Assembly (NCBI GenBank): GCA_045617905.1
Contig: JAZLJO010000013.1
Coordinates: 532-64,531 of the forward strand
Source of the DNA: Candidatus Enterousia sp.
GTDB taxonomy: Bacteria; Pseudomonadota; Alphaproteobacteria; Rs-D84
DNA length: 64,000 nt
Direction of reading: 5' to 3'
Positions 53,617-63,965 of the stretch are shown here, piece by piece (within the stretch, counting starts at the first letter, position 1; every line of letters begins with the position of its first letter). A program made the translations under genes and the position numbers. The notes below the pieces were generated by a model. The model made no database searches and was not told where the DNA came from. It was given only the letters and a program-made list of their open reading frames with translations.

Positions 53617-54186
53617 ATGGAAAGAATTGTAGAAGTTTTGTTGTCTGGTGCCGTTGGGGCATTGTTGGTATGGGTATTGCAGTTTTTTACTGAGCGTCGT
53701 CGTAGACGTTATGAACGTAGGTTATATATTTTGCGTTCATTGATTGCTAATTCGGCTAATATTGTATCAGTTGATTTTGTGTCCGCATTTAATATGATAT
53801 TGATTGAATATAATTCAAAGTCCGTTGTTCGTGAGTGGCATGGCAAATTTATGGAACACGTCACCCAAAGACCAGCATCAGATGAAGAAGAAGCAAAAAT
53901 CAGAAATAAAAAGTTTGAATCGATTTTGATAAAGTTAATCGAAGAGATAGCAAAATCTATACACATAAGAATAGAACAGTTAGATTTGGCAGATAAAATT
54001 TATTGGCCACGTGGCTTCGCGGATGTTGCTGAAAAACAACAAAAATTAACAGATTTATTGATAGATAACCACGGATATTGGAATAATTTATTAGAACAAG
54101 CAGTCAATCAAGATAGACAGATTTTGTTGGAAACAAAAAAGATCCCTGAAACAGCAAATAAGAGAAAAAAAGATGCAAATGAATAA
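53617..54186 (+). CDS. Hypothetical protein with N-terminal TM helix (DUF6680-like)
   Basis: TM followed by Arg run, FVSAFNMI..EY, IYWPRG. Confidence 0.55.
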   Translation: MERIVEVLLSGAVGALLVWVLQFFTERRRRRYERRLYILRSLIANSANIVSVDFVSAFNMILIEYNSKSVVREWHGKFMEHVTQRPASDEEEAKIRNKKFESILIKLIEEIAKSIHIRIEQLDLADKIYWPRGFADVAEKQQKLTDLLIDNHGYWNNLLEQAVNQDRQILLETKKIPETANKRKKDANE

Positions 54187-55378
54187 TGTGCCGTTTGACT
54201 GGAAAATGAATAAATTAGGTCACGTTGCCGATGTTTTTGATGGGACGCATCAGACACCGGAATATGTTGACCATGGTATAAAATTTATCAGTGCTGAAGA
54301 TATTTCTGATCCCAGTGCCTCCACAAAATATATAACACATCAAGCATTTGAAAATAATTTTAAAATACGCCCTAACAAAAACGATATTTTTATGACACGC
54401 ATAGGCCGTATAGGAATACCCTTTTTGTTAAAAACCGATGAAGATTTTGCTTATTATGTTACATTGGCATTGTTAAAATTAAAACGTGACGTTGTCCCAG
54501 AATATTTATTTTACTTCATTCAAGGTAATTATTTTCAATTTGAACTATGGAAACGCACATTACACGTAGCTTTCCCAGAAAAGATAAATAAAGACGAAAT
54601 CGGAAAGTGTCTTGTTTTATATCCCGATAATATCACAGAACAGAAAAAGATTGCGGAGATATTGGGGACGTGGGATCGGGCGATTGAAGAATTGACAGAT
54701 CTGATTACTGAAAAGAAGGAGTTAAAACGCGGTTTGATGCAACGATTGTTGACGGGTGCCCAACGCCTGCCAGGTTTTACAAAACCGTGGAAAAATAAAA
54801 AAATTGGCGATATAACACATATCGCAACGGCGGTCAGCAAATCACAATATATAAAAGAAACTGGACCATATCTTATTGTTGATATGGGAGCTGTTTCAAA
54901 TGAGGCGACACTTATAGCAAAAAAACAAACAGATTATGAAGGTGACTTTTTAGCATGTGGTGATCTTATAATGCCAAAAGACGACATTGGTGGGGGAAAT
55001 ATCATAGGAAAAACGGTGGTTGTCGATTGTAATAATAAATATATTCTTGGAGACCATGTTTTTAAAATACACGTGATGGGTGAATATGATGCTAAATTTA
55101 TATCGAATGTAATCAATTCATTTGATGTGAATAAATATATGCGAAGAATGTCTACGGGCTCAGCCCAGCTTGGGTTGGCAAAACGAGATGTGGAAAAGTG
55201 TGTGTTGTTTGTGCCAACGGAACTTGCAGAGCAAAAAGCTATTGCTGACGTATTGTCTAAGGCGGATTCAGAAATTGATTTATTAAATCAGCAACTGGAT
55301 CTACTGAAAGAGCAAAAACGCGGCCTGATGCAGAAATTATTAACTGGCGAAATACGTGTAAAGGTGGATAAAAAATAA
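54173..55378 (+). CDS. hsdS: Type I RM specificity subunit
   Basis: Two TRDs, EQKKIAEIL/EQKAIADVL, KRGLMQ.LLTG repeats. Confidence 0.93.
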   Translation: MQMNNVPFDWKMNKLGHVADVFDGTHQTPEYVDHGIKFISAEDISDPSASTKYITHQAFENNFKIRPNKNDIFMTRIGRIGIPFLLKTDEDFAYYVTLALLKLKRDVVPEYLFYFIQGNYFQFELWKRTLHVAFPEKINKDEIGKCLVLYPDNITEQKKIAEILGTWDRAIEELTDLITEKKELKRGLMQRLLTGAQRLPGFTKPWKNKKIGDITHIATAVSKSQYIKETGPYLIVDMGAVSNEATLIAKKQTDYEGDFLACGDLIMPKDDIGGGNIIGKTVVVDCNNKYILGDHVFKIHVMGEYDAKFISNVINSFDVNKYMRRMSTGSAQLGLAKRDVEKCVLFVPTELAEQKAIADVLSKADSEIDLLNQQLDLLKEQKRGLMQKLLTGEIRVKVDKK

Positions 55379-55430
55379 CTCTAGGGTGATAACGTTACCA
55401 GGACGTCATAGCACTACCTAGAGAATTTCG
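55370..55430 (-). ncRNA. Candidate small hairpin RNA divergent from Abi-like gene
   Basis: CTCTAGG/CCTAGAG stem with inner stems, T-tract after it, consensus promoter directly upstream. Confidence 0.55.
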
Positions 55431-55435
55431 AGGTG

Positions 55436-55464
55436 ATTATAACAAAAAAGCGAAAAAATGTCAA
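55436..55464 (-). promoter_or_regulatory. Consensus sigma70 promoter
   Basis: TTGACA-17 bp-TATAAT on minus strand. Confidence 0.8.
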
Positions 55465-55514
55465 GCGAATATTTAAGACGCTAAAAGATAAAATTATGTA
55501 AAGGGGATTCTAAA

Positions 55515-56183
55515 ATGAATTTATTACAACTAAAAGAACACTTTTCAGAAGAACGTATGTATTCTTATGAAGAATTGGCTTTGCAGCGTGGATTGTCTGC
55601 AGAAGCAGCTATAGACCTGTATAAGTTAAATATATTATTATGTGAAGAACTTTATTCTTTGATCTGTTGTTTAGAAGTTTGTCTTAGAAACAAGATTCAC
55701 GATAAATTGACAGAAACTTTTGGTACAGAAGATTGGTTTTCTTGCGAGTGTGTAAAATGGGGCGATAGGCATTCAAAAGATATAGAAAATACGGTAGCAG
55801 AAATAAAGAAACGTAAACATATTGATGTTGTACGACCGGATCAAATGGTGTGTGGACTAAATTTTGGTTTTTGGTGCCATGTTTTTGATAATTGCTATGA
55901 AAATTGTCTGTGGACAGCAGGTTTGAATAAAATTTTCCCTCATTATATGGGGCGCCCAAACAGAAAACATATTGCTCAATCTTTAACCCAATTACTAAAA
56001 ATAAGAAACAGAATAGCGCATTTCGAAATAATTATCAAAGATGAAAAAGAATTGTTGGCATCTCACAATAAGATGGTAGAAGTAATAAATTGGTTTTCGC
56101 CCGAAATATATTTATGGTTTAAAAGCTTTAATAATTTTGAAAAACTATATAACAATCTGCAAAATAATACTTTTGACGAATAG
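55515..56183 (+). CDS. Abi-like (AbiD/AbiF, Abi_2) HEPN protein
   Basis: FSEER, LY..N, LEVCLRN, LNFGFW, RNRIAH (RxxxxH). Confidence 0.85.
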   Translation: MNLLQLKEHFSEERMYSYEELALQRGLSAEAAIDLYKLNILLCEELYSLICCLEVCLRNKIHDKLTETFGTEDWFSCECVKWGDRHSKDIENTVAEIKKRKHIDVVRPDQMVCGLNFGFWCHVFDNCYENCLWTAGLNKIFPHYMGRPNRKHIAQSLTQLLKIRNRIAHFEIIIKDEKELLASHNKMVEVINWFSPEIYLWFKSFNNFEKLYNNLQNNTFDE

Positions 56184-56193
56184 GGGGTTGATT

Positions 56194-59100
56194 ATGACAA
56201 ATATTGATAATCCATTTTATTTACCAGATTTTGATGAGGCATCTAGCAGCCAAATCCCGGCTATTATTCAGTTAATCAATATGGGCTATTCATATATTGG
56301 ACGGCACGAAGTTGAAAAGATGCGTGAATCTCATGGACAATATATTTTGCGAGATATCGCATTTGATGCATTACGTAACATAAATGATCCTGCAAAAATA
56401 TCTGATGCCAGTATCCGTGAAGCCATTTTAGATCTTGAAAAGATAAAGATGGACGATGGTATTATCAAAGCATCTGAAACTTTGTTTTTTAATTTGCTGG
56501 CCGGTGTTGGTGTGTCTGAAATAATAGAAGGGAAAAAAACATCGCCACAGTTGCGTTTCATTGATTGGGAACATCCAGAAAACAACAAGTTTCATATTGT
56601 TCCGGAATTTGAAATATCAGAAGAACAAAATCGCCGTCCAGATATTGTGTTGTTTGTCAACGGAATTCCATTCGCAGTAATAGAAAACAAAAAAGCGTCT
56701 GTTCCTGTGGACGAGGCTGTTAAACAAATGATACGTAACCAATCTGGCAACCAAACACCAAAATTCTTTATTTATCCACAGATCCTAATAGCGACAAATA
56801 TCAATGAATTAAAATATGGGACCATGTTGACCCCTCGTGAATTTTATTCTGTATGGAAAGAAAAATATAAAAGCCCAACATTTAACGATGATGTTTTTAA
56901 TTCTGTAAACAGAATGTTACCGGATGAACAAATAAAACAGATATCTGCTGACTTATTGCGAAATAATTATGTTCAGGGTTTGAAAGAAAATTTAACAGCA
57001 CAAGATTATAGTATTTACAGTTTATTAGAACCGAAACGTATGTTAGATATTGTGCGTAATTTTGTGATTTATGACAATGGAATAAAAAAATTACCACGAT
57101 ATCAACAATATTTTGCAATAAAAAAGACTTTAGAACAGATAGAAAAACAAGACAATAAAGGCAAAAGACACGGTGGGGTTATTTGGCATACTCAGGGCTC
57201 AGGGAAATCGTTGACTATGGTTATGTTGACCAAGAATTTGATCGAGCACATTCAAAACCCACGCATCATAGTTGTAACAGATAGAACAGATCTTGATATA
57301 CAAATACGTGATACATTCAAAGCATGTAATATCAAAGTTGGTGTTCAACAGGCAACATCTTGTAAAGATCTTATAAATAAAATCAAATCAAAAACAACAG
57401 ATGTTATAACAACATTGGTACAAAAGTTTGAACCAACAAAATTCAAGGATACAGACAATAATATATTTATTCTTATTGATGAGGCGCATCGTAGCCAAGG
57501 TGGTGAAGATAATGGCAATATGAACATGGTATTACCAAATGCTTGTCAAATTGCTTTTACAGGTACACCCTTAATGACGAAGAAAAAACGTACAACAGAA
57601 ACAAAATTTGGTGGCATTATTGATTCCTATACAATATCAGAGGCAGAGGCAGATGGGGCTATATTGCCATTGATTTATCAAGGACGCTTTGTAGATCAAG
57701 AAATAAATCCAATTGTGAATAAATTCTATGAGCGTATATCACAACCAATGTCAGAATCTGCACGTAAAGATTTTGAAAAAAAATGTGTGTCCAAATCAGT
57801 ATTAGAAGAAACTTCTCAACGAATAGATATGATCGCAACAGATGTTTATGATCATTATACAAAATATTTCCAAGGAACCGGATTAAAAGGACAATTGGTT
57901 GCTCCGTCTAAATATGCAGCAGTTATGTTCCAAAATGCATTAGAAATGCTTGGTAATATAAAAACTGCAGTTGTTATTTCTGATTCACAAACAAGCGAAT
58001 CCGATGAAGATAAATTGCCAGAACAAAAAGCAGTGGTTGAACGTTATTTGCAAGAACAAAAACGAAAATATGGTTCATTAGAATCTCGTGAAAAACAAAT
58101 TATTCAAGATTATAAGAAGAATCCAGAAGGTATAGAACTATTGATCGTTGTTGATAAATTGTTAACAGGATTTGATGCACCACGCGATACTGTTTTGTAT
58201 TTAGCCAAGCAATTACAAGATCATAATTTGTTACAGGCAATTGCCAGGGTTAATCGTCTGTTTGATGGAGACAAAGACAAACAGGCAAAAACAAACGGTC
58301 TGATTGTAGATTATTCTAAAAATGCTAAGAATTTAAAAAATGCATTGGAATTATTCTCTAACTATGATCCAAGTGATATAAATCGTGCTTTATTAGATAC
58401 AGACGAACAAATTAAAATGTTAGAAAGTTTGTATCAAAAATTATATAGTGCTTTTGCAGACATCAAGGATATTCATAATACTGATGCTTATGTTCAAAAG
58501 TTATTAGATCCAAGTAATGAAGAATTAAAAAAAGAATTTTATGAAAATGTAAATAATTTTATAAAAACATTTTCTTCGTGCTCAAGTTTATATGATTTTT
58601 ATGAAAAATTTGATGAAGAAAAACTAAAACGTTATAAATTAGATTTAAAACGTTTTGTAGAAATAAAAAAGACAGCCCAACTTGCAAATGGTGAAACTGT
58701 CGATTTTTCAAAATATAAAGACCAGTTACGTAAATTATTAGATAAATATGTAACAGCTAATGATGTAGAAGTGCTATCTCAAGAAATCAGTTTGACGGAT
58801 ATGAGAGAATTTAACCAATTTATAGAAGATGAAAAGCAGGGATTGTCAAAACGTTCTCAAGCCAAAGCAATTGCCGCACAAACTAGCCGAGTTATAAGCG
58901 AACGTTATAAACAAGACGAAGTATTTTATAAGAATTTTTCAGACAGAATTAATAAATTGTTAGAAGAATTGCGAACTGCAAAAGCAGAAGACATTGCCGC
59001 ACTATTTGATCAAGTAAAAGATATTCAAGTCCAAGTTGAAAATTATGAAGACTCAGATATCCCAGAAGCTTTACATAATCAAAAACACACACATGCATTT

Positions 59101-59361
59101 TTTAGAAATACATGGGAATATATAAAAAACACTGGGATTAGCAAAGATGATTTTGCGGATGTTATTAAGCATATAGTTCAAGTTATTCAAAAACATAAAA
59201 TTGTTGATTTTGAGAGTAATCTATCCGTTAAACGTGACGTCTTAATCGAAATAGAAGACTTTTTATTAGATGATTTAGAGATTGATATTACTACACAACA
59301 GGCCGAACAAATTGCTCAAAAATGTTGGGAATTAGCGGTAGAAAATAAGAGTAATATTTAA
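56194..59361 (+). CDS. hsdR: Type I RM restriction subunit
   Basis: RPDIV..ENK, WHTQGSGKS, DEAHR, FTGTP, QAIARVNR. Confidence 0.95.
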   Translation: MTNIDNPFYLPDFDEASSSQIPAIIQLINMGYSYIGRHEVEKMRESHGQYILRDIAFDALRNINDPAKISDASIREAILDLEKIKMDDGIIKASETLFFNLLAGVGVSEIIEGKKTSPQLRFIDWEHPENNKFHIVPEFEISEEQNRRPDIVLFVNGIPFAVIENKKASVPVDEAVKQMIRNQSGNQTPKFFIYPQILIATNINELKYGTMLTPREFYSVWKEKYKSPTFNDDVFNSVNRMLPDEQIKQISADLLRNNYVQGLKENLTAQDYSIYSLLEPKRMLDIVRNFVIYDNGIKKLPRYQQYFAIKKTLEQIEKQDNKGKRHGGVIWHTQGSGKSLTMVMLTKNLIEHIQNPRIIVVTDRTDLDIQIRDTFKACNIKVGVQQATSCKDLINKIKSKTTDVITTLVQKFEPTKFKDTDNNIFILIDEAHRSQGGEDNGNMNMVLPNACQIAFTGTPLMTKKKRTTETKFGGIIDSYTISEAEADGAILPLIYQGRFVDQEINPIVNKFYERISQPMSESARKDFEKKCVSKSVLEETSQRIDMIATDVYDHYTKYFQGTGLKGQLVAPSKYAAVMFQNALEMLGNIKTAVVISDSQTSESDEDKLPEQKAVVERYLQEQKRKYGSLESREKQIIQDYKKNPEGIELLIVVDKLLTGFDAPRDTVLYLAKQLQDHNLLQAIARVNRLFDGDKDKQAKTNGLIVDYSKNAKNLKNALELFSNYDPSDINRALLDTDEQIKMLESLYQKLYSAFADIKDIHNTDAYVQKLLDPSNEELKKEFYENVNNFIKTFSSCSSLYDFYEKFDEEKLKRYKLDLKRFVEIKKTAQLANGETVDFSKYKDQLRKLLDKYVTANDVEVLSQEISLTDMREFNQFIEDEKQGLSKRSQAKAIAAQTSRVISERYKQDEVFYKNFSDRINKLLEELRTAKAEDIAALFDQVKDIQVQVENYEDSDIPEALHNQKHTHAFFRNTWEYIKNTGISKDDFADVIKHIVQVIQKHKIVDFESNLSVKRDVLIEIEDFLLDDLEIDITTQQAEQIAQKCWELAVENKSNI

Positions 59362-60053
59362 TGGAAATCAAAGGAATTTGTTCAGCAAAACTCGTCAAGG
59401 AAACGCGAAAAAGCTTATCTATTCGCGTATTCCCTGATATGCGAGTTATTATTAAAGTACCAGAACAAGCGACTGACGATGAAATAAATATATTCATTAA
59501 TAAGAAACGAACTTGGCTAATAAAGCAATTGGCGTATTTTAAACAATTTTGTAATTGTATGGTTTTAACCAAATTATCCGGTAGCTCGATGCTATATTTG
59601 GGCCGACAATATAAATTGTTGGTTATAAAAAGTTTACAAAAAAACATTAAAATAGAAAAAAACAAAATCGTTTTATATGTATCTTTCGTTGATAAAGATT
59701 TTGAAAATAAAAAATTTTTAGAAGAATGGTTAAACAAACGAGCGTCGACGATATTTCAAGAACGTTTGATTTATATGCATTCTATGTTTGATAAAGTGCC
59801 ACTGCCGCAAATAAAAATTCGTAAACTGAGTCGGAGATGGGGGAGTTATCTACATAAAACCAATACAATCATCCTAAATCCATGCTTAATCCAGGCTCAA
59901 AAGCCTGCGATAGATTTCATAATTGCACATGAATTATGTCACTATTATTATAAAGAACATAATTCCTCTTTTTATAATTTATTAGAATCTAAAGTTCCAA
60001 ATTGGAAACAAATAGAAGCAAAAATGGAACAAAAGCTTTTAGCAAATAACTAG
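59361..60053 (+). CDS. YgjP/M48-like metallopeptidase (DUF45)
   Basis: RKSLSIRV, RWGS, HELCH; usual position after hsdR. Confidence 0.88.
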   Translation: MEIKGICSAKLVKETRKSLSIRVFPDMRVIIKVPEQATDDEINIFINKKRTWLIKQLAYFKQFCNCMVLTKLSGSSMLYLGRQYKLLVIKSLQKNIKIEKNKIVLYVSFVDKDFENKKFLEEWLNKRASTIFQERLIYMHSMFDKVPLPQIKIRKLSRRWGSYLHKTNTIILNPCLIQAQKPAIDFIIAHELCHYYYKEHNSSFYNLLESKVPNWKQIEAKMEQKLLANN

Positions 60054-60328
60054 TTGATTTTAACCTGTTTTGATGTAATATTTTCCTATGAATCCATAGA
60101 GATATGGTTTCGGGGCTGTGGTAGGCCTACACGTTCGGTGCGAAAGCATCGTTATATCTGATGTTTTCGGTGCTTTTTGCATCGTTTTCATCCCTGACTT
60201 ATGATCGGGGAGCTGTTGGCTATAAAATACGGTTATCCGAAAAGCCACAGAACATTAACGTGTTATTACCAACTCCCCGACCGCCATATTATCGCATGGC
60301 GGTCAATGTTTGTTATAGGGAGGTATTC

Positions 60329-61318
60329 ATGTCTGACACTAAAGAAAAATTAAAACTTATAAAACTTATAGATGTTCTAGGTGGATTAAAAAAAGACAAT
60401 TTTGAAAAAAAATATCCCAACAAACGTCGTAAAGTTCGTTTTAATGTTTCGTGGCAAGAAGAATTTAGTAATGCAGACGGAAAAAAGAAAATAAAAGTTT
60501 TTGATTTTTTAGAAAAATATAAATCAGATAATGCTGCCTATTTAACCAATAATACAAAATCAGAATTTCTTCAGTGGATTTTATCGTTGGGATCGGGACA
60601 ACGTAAACGATTGAGAACAGATGAAATCGTTTTTCAATTTATAAAAATTGACTTAAAAAAATGGTTGTTTGTTGGGGCGTATGAGGTATTAGATTTAAAT
60701 GGTGTTGGGGTATTTAATTTATCTGAAACACAATCCAGACAATTTCTTTATGCCAATGTAAGACGCCTCACTGAATATGATGTTTATGTTGGTCGCTTAG
60801 TTGTTGATTTTACAAATATGCCACAGCAATTTTATTATGTTCAGGATGATATTATAGATAACATAGAAGTAAGCGAAATATTGCCACGCCCATATTTAAA
60901 AATGGAAGAAGAATTTAAGGGATATGATAATGTATGTAAAAGCTATTGGGCCTTACAGCATTGTATGAAACAGTCTGCATGGCATGATGCATTAAAGAAC
61001 GTATATGGTGTATATTTATTAACAGATACAAAAACAGGTAAACAATATGTGGGCTCGGCAACAGGAAAAGATGGGATATACGGACGTTGGAGTACGTATT
61101 TAGATAAGGGGTACGAGACAAACGAAAAAGAATATCCGAACAAACGCCTTAAAGAATTAGTAAAAAAAGAACACATCGAATATATCCAAGAGAATTTTCA
61201 ATATACCATTTTAGAAATCTTTTCGAAAAATGATCATGGACGAGATAAAGCACTAGAGCGAGAGAGTTATTGGAAAGATGTTCTTAAAACCCGCGAGTTT
61301 GGGTATAACGACAACTAG
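60329..61318 (+). CDS. GIY-YIG nuclease family protein
   Basis: GVYLLTD..GKQYVGSA.G..GIYGRW..Y, FQYTILE, RESYWK. Confidence 0.88.
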   Translation: MSDTKEKLKLIKLIDVLGGLKKDNFEKKYPNKRRKVRFNVSWQEEFSNADGKKKIKVFDFLEKYKSDNAAYLTNNTKSEFLQWILSLGSGQRKRLRTDEIVFQFIKIDLKKWLFVGAYEVLDLNGVGVFNLSETQSRQFLYANVRRLTEYDVYVGRLVVDFTNMPQQFYYVQDDIIDNIEVSEILPRPYLKMEEEFKGYDNVCKSYWALQHCMKQSAWHDALKNVYGVYLLTDTKTGKQYVGSATGKDGIYGRWSTYLDKGYETNEKEYPNKRLKELVKKEHIEYIQENFQYTILEIFSKNDHGRDKALERESYWKDVLKTREFGYNDN

Positions 61319-61386
61319 AAAATAGCTGTACTCATGTGAATGAATATATTCTATTTAGGGGCTTTTTAGCAAAAGGTTAATGAAAA

Positions 61387-62547
61387 ATGGATGTCCTAGA
61401 CGAACGTAACCCTAAAATGATTTATCGGTACGAGGAACCAATTCCTCGTCCAATATATTGGTGCGATTGCATATTGAAAGGTTTTTATAATATAACAAAT
61501 CCTGCTCCATACGATGTTTTAAAAGAACAAATATGGAAAGATATGCGTTTAACAGAAACGCAAATAGATTGTCCAAATAATACAAACCTGAAACGTGCAG
61601 TTGATGTGATAGCAGAAAATGCGGTGTGCTTATTATTGTTGATGGAATTAATAAAAATAGAAAAATATGGTCCGTCTAGTTATTATATAAATATCGAGAC
61701 AGGAAAAGCTGCGGAAGTCCCTTACTATTTAATAACCTCTCTTGGGAAAAATTTTATTGAAACTAAGCAAACCATAAATGAAGGATTTGTTTTAAAACAA
61801 CATCCTGATCTATCATATTATTTATATGATATTAAATCTCCAACCTTAGCCCGTGAGTGCATTAAATACAAAGATTTCGAGTTGGATTTTGCTTGTTATA
61901 TAATTCATGGTATCCGTGATACGGATAATGGGGATACAGATTATATTGATGGAACTTTAGCTTCTGCGTTAGCAGAATATAGTTGTTTTAAGGATGATGA
62001 AAGTTGGAATTATTTTTTAGCGGAATTAATGCGGTCTAAGGTTCTTGTGCCGGTGCATATGTTACCATCATTTGGAAAAACAAATAGTATGGCCATTCGT
62101 CATATAGATCCAGAAGATCTAATTGATATGAAAAAATATAATATACCAAAAGAACATATAGATTTAGTCCCAATTACCAAAAAGTCAATAAACACAAATC
62201 AAGAGTTTTTGATGTTGTTTTTGTCTATTCGGCAAATAGGGTACATCTCATGGAAAAACGACATAAAAGAACCATCGTATACATTTCTTTATATCGAATT
62301 TAAACATGTCTATGAATGGTTAAAAAAGCATAATAAAGATTTAGACTCTATAATTTTTGATCTATTCGATAAATACAAACACACATTAGACGTTAATTTG
62401 ATTGATTTTATAAAAAATATGAAAACATTTGAAAAATTTAAATCCAAGTACAAGGGTAAATATATAGATTTTATCCAAGATTTAAGAAAGGCCAGTTTGA
62501 ATAAACACATGCCCAAAAAGCCTAATAAACAACAGGACTACATATAA
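61387..62547 (+). CDS. Hypothetical protein
   Basis: 386-aa ORF; no confident motif. Confidence 0.65.
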   Translation: MDVLDERNPKMIYRYEEPIPRPIYWCDCILKGFYNITNPAPYDVLKEQIWKDMRLTETQIDCPNNTNLKRAVDVIAENAVCLLLLMELIKIEKYGPSSYYINIETGKAAEVPYYLITSLGKNFIETKQTINEGFVLKQHPDLSYYLYDIKSPTLARECIKYKDFELDFACYIIHGIRDTDNGDTDYIDGTLASALAEYSCFKDDESWNYFLAELMRSKVLVPVHMLPSFGKTNSMAIRHIDPEDLIDMKKYNIPKEHIDLVPITKKSINTNQEFLMLFLSIRQIGYISWKNDIKEPSYTFLYIEFKHVYEWLKKHNKDLDSIIFDLFDKYKHTLDVNLIDFIKNMKTFEKFKSKYKGKYIDFIQDLRKASLNKHMPKKPNKQQDYI

Positions 62548-62576
62548 TGCCAGATATTATCCAAGGAATAAGAAAA

Positions 62577-62774
62577 TCATTTGAAAATCTGAAAAATAAA
62601 AGATTCTTTGTATCCGAGGCAGATTTTCAAGCATCTTTTACCTGGGAGCTGGCGCAAGTATTTCAAGATTGCCCAGACGTTAAAATATACCGCGAATTCC
62701 CCGTACGCGTCTAAGATGTCCAGAAAGGCGTCCGGGTTTTTACCACTGAAACCAATTGTGAATATCTTTGGCAT
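62577..62774 (-). pseudogene. Truncated DUF488-like gene
   Basis: MPKIFTIGFSGK..AFLDIL start resembles DUF488, similarity lost after about 25 aa. Confidence 0.5.
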
Positions 62775-63833
62775 TTATTTGTTCAATGTATAAACTGTGC
62801 CGCGGGTGGTTCCGCATTTGGTAATGTGGCCGCGTTTAACCAATACTTGTACCGCCTTGCGAATGGTTTCTGGATTTTTTTCAATTAAAGACACGATTTG
62901 TGACATGCTTAATTCAGACGTGTTTTCAAACAATGCCAGAATTTCGCTTTGTGTGGTGGACAATTTGGCGATGCCGGTACTACGAACCTGTGCGATTTTG
63001 TCTTCCAACACGCGTTTCTGGGTAACCAATGAACGCACAAAGAATGTCAACCAAGGCTCGTAATTAATACGGTCGCCCCAGATGGTCTTTTGTGTGCCGC
63101 GTAATGCACGATAATAAGCGTCTTTGGTGGCCTCTATCACAGATTCCATTGATGCGTACGGCATATATGTGTATCCGCTTTTCAGCATCAGCATAATCGT
63201 TAATGCACGCGACAGGCGGCCGTTTCCATCTGTAAATGGATGGATAGACAGAAAGTGTATCACAAATATCCCAATGGTAATAATCGGGTGAAAGAACCGA
63301 TCGTTCAGTGTATCGTTCGTCCATTTTATAGTGTCCGCCATAAGGCGTGGTGTATCAAATGGTGTTGCCGTTTCAAATATAGAGCCGATTTCAGTGCCAT
63401 TTGCATCAAATGCCGCAACCCGGTTGCTGTCTTTTTTGTATTCACCACGGTGGCGCGCATCCTTGTCGGAGTAGTTCAAAAGAATCTTATGTAATTGCTT
63501 GATATAATTCTCGCTTAACGGGATTGTGGCGTAATTTTCAAATATCGTATTGACCAGGTCGGAATAGCCGGCAACCTCTTGCTGGTCACGGGTTATAAAT
63601 GACTGCTGATTGATATTAGCAAACAAGGCCTCTATCTCGGAATCGGCCATACGGTTACCTTCTATACGATTTGAAGAGCCGACAGATTCTATTGTGGCGA
63701 CCCGGCGCATAACGCGCAAATCGTCGGCGGACAGTTTTACAGCCCCACCAGCCCATGCGCCATTAAAAGCGTCGATTTCGGCAATATTATTCAGTATTTC
63801 AGGTGTGATAATAACATCGCGATTATTTGGCAT
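62775..63833 (-). CDS. Fic family protein with C-terminal winged HTH
   Basis: SNRIEG, HPFTDGNGRLSR, C-terminal HTH/wing. Confidence 0.92.
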   Translation of the reverse strand: MPNNRDVIITPEILNNIAEIDAFNGAWAGGAVKLSADDLRVMRRVATIESVGSSNRIEGNRMADSEIEALFANINQQSFITRDQQEVAGYSDLVNTIFENYATIPLSENYIKQLHKILLNYSDKDARHRGEYKKDSNRVAAFDANGTEIGSIFETATPFDTPRLMADTIKWTNDTLNDRFFHPIITIGIFVIHFLSIHPFTDGNGRLSRALTIMLMLKSGYTYMPYASMESVIEATKDAYYRALRGTQKTIWGDRINYEPWLTFFVRSLVTQKRVLEDKIAQVRSTGIAKLSTTQSEILALFENTSELSMSQIVSLIEKNPETIRKAVQVLVKRGHITKCGTTRGTVYTLNK

Positions 63834-63864
63834 TTTGTGCGGCCTTTTTAGGTTTGTTAATATT

Positions 63865-63965
63865 TTACCTGATATTACCAGATAGTTCCCAGAAAGTCAA
63901 TGTTTTTCCCAGATAGTTCCCTAATCTTACTTAATTGTTACCTAAATATTACCTAATTATTCCAA
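63865..63965. repeat. 10-11-bp degenerate tandem repeats over fic promoter
   Basis: TTACCTGATA, TTACCAGATAG, TTCCCAGAAAG, TTCCCAGATAG, TTCCCTAATC, TTACCTAAATA, TTACCTAATTA. Confidence 0.6.

Noticed and set aside
60091-60305. Retron msr-msd or tRNA
   Set aside because: No reverse transcriptase nearby; no T-loop, anticodon arm or CCA
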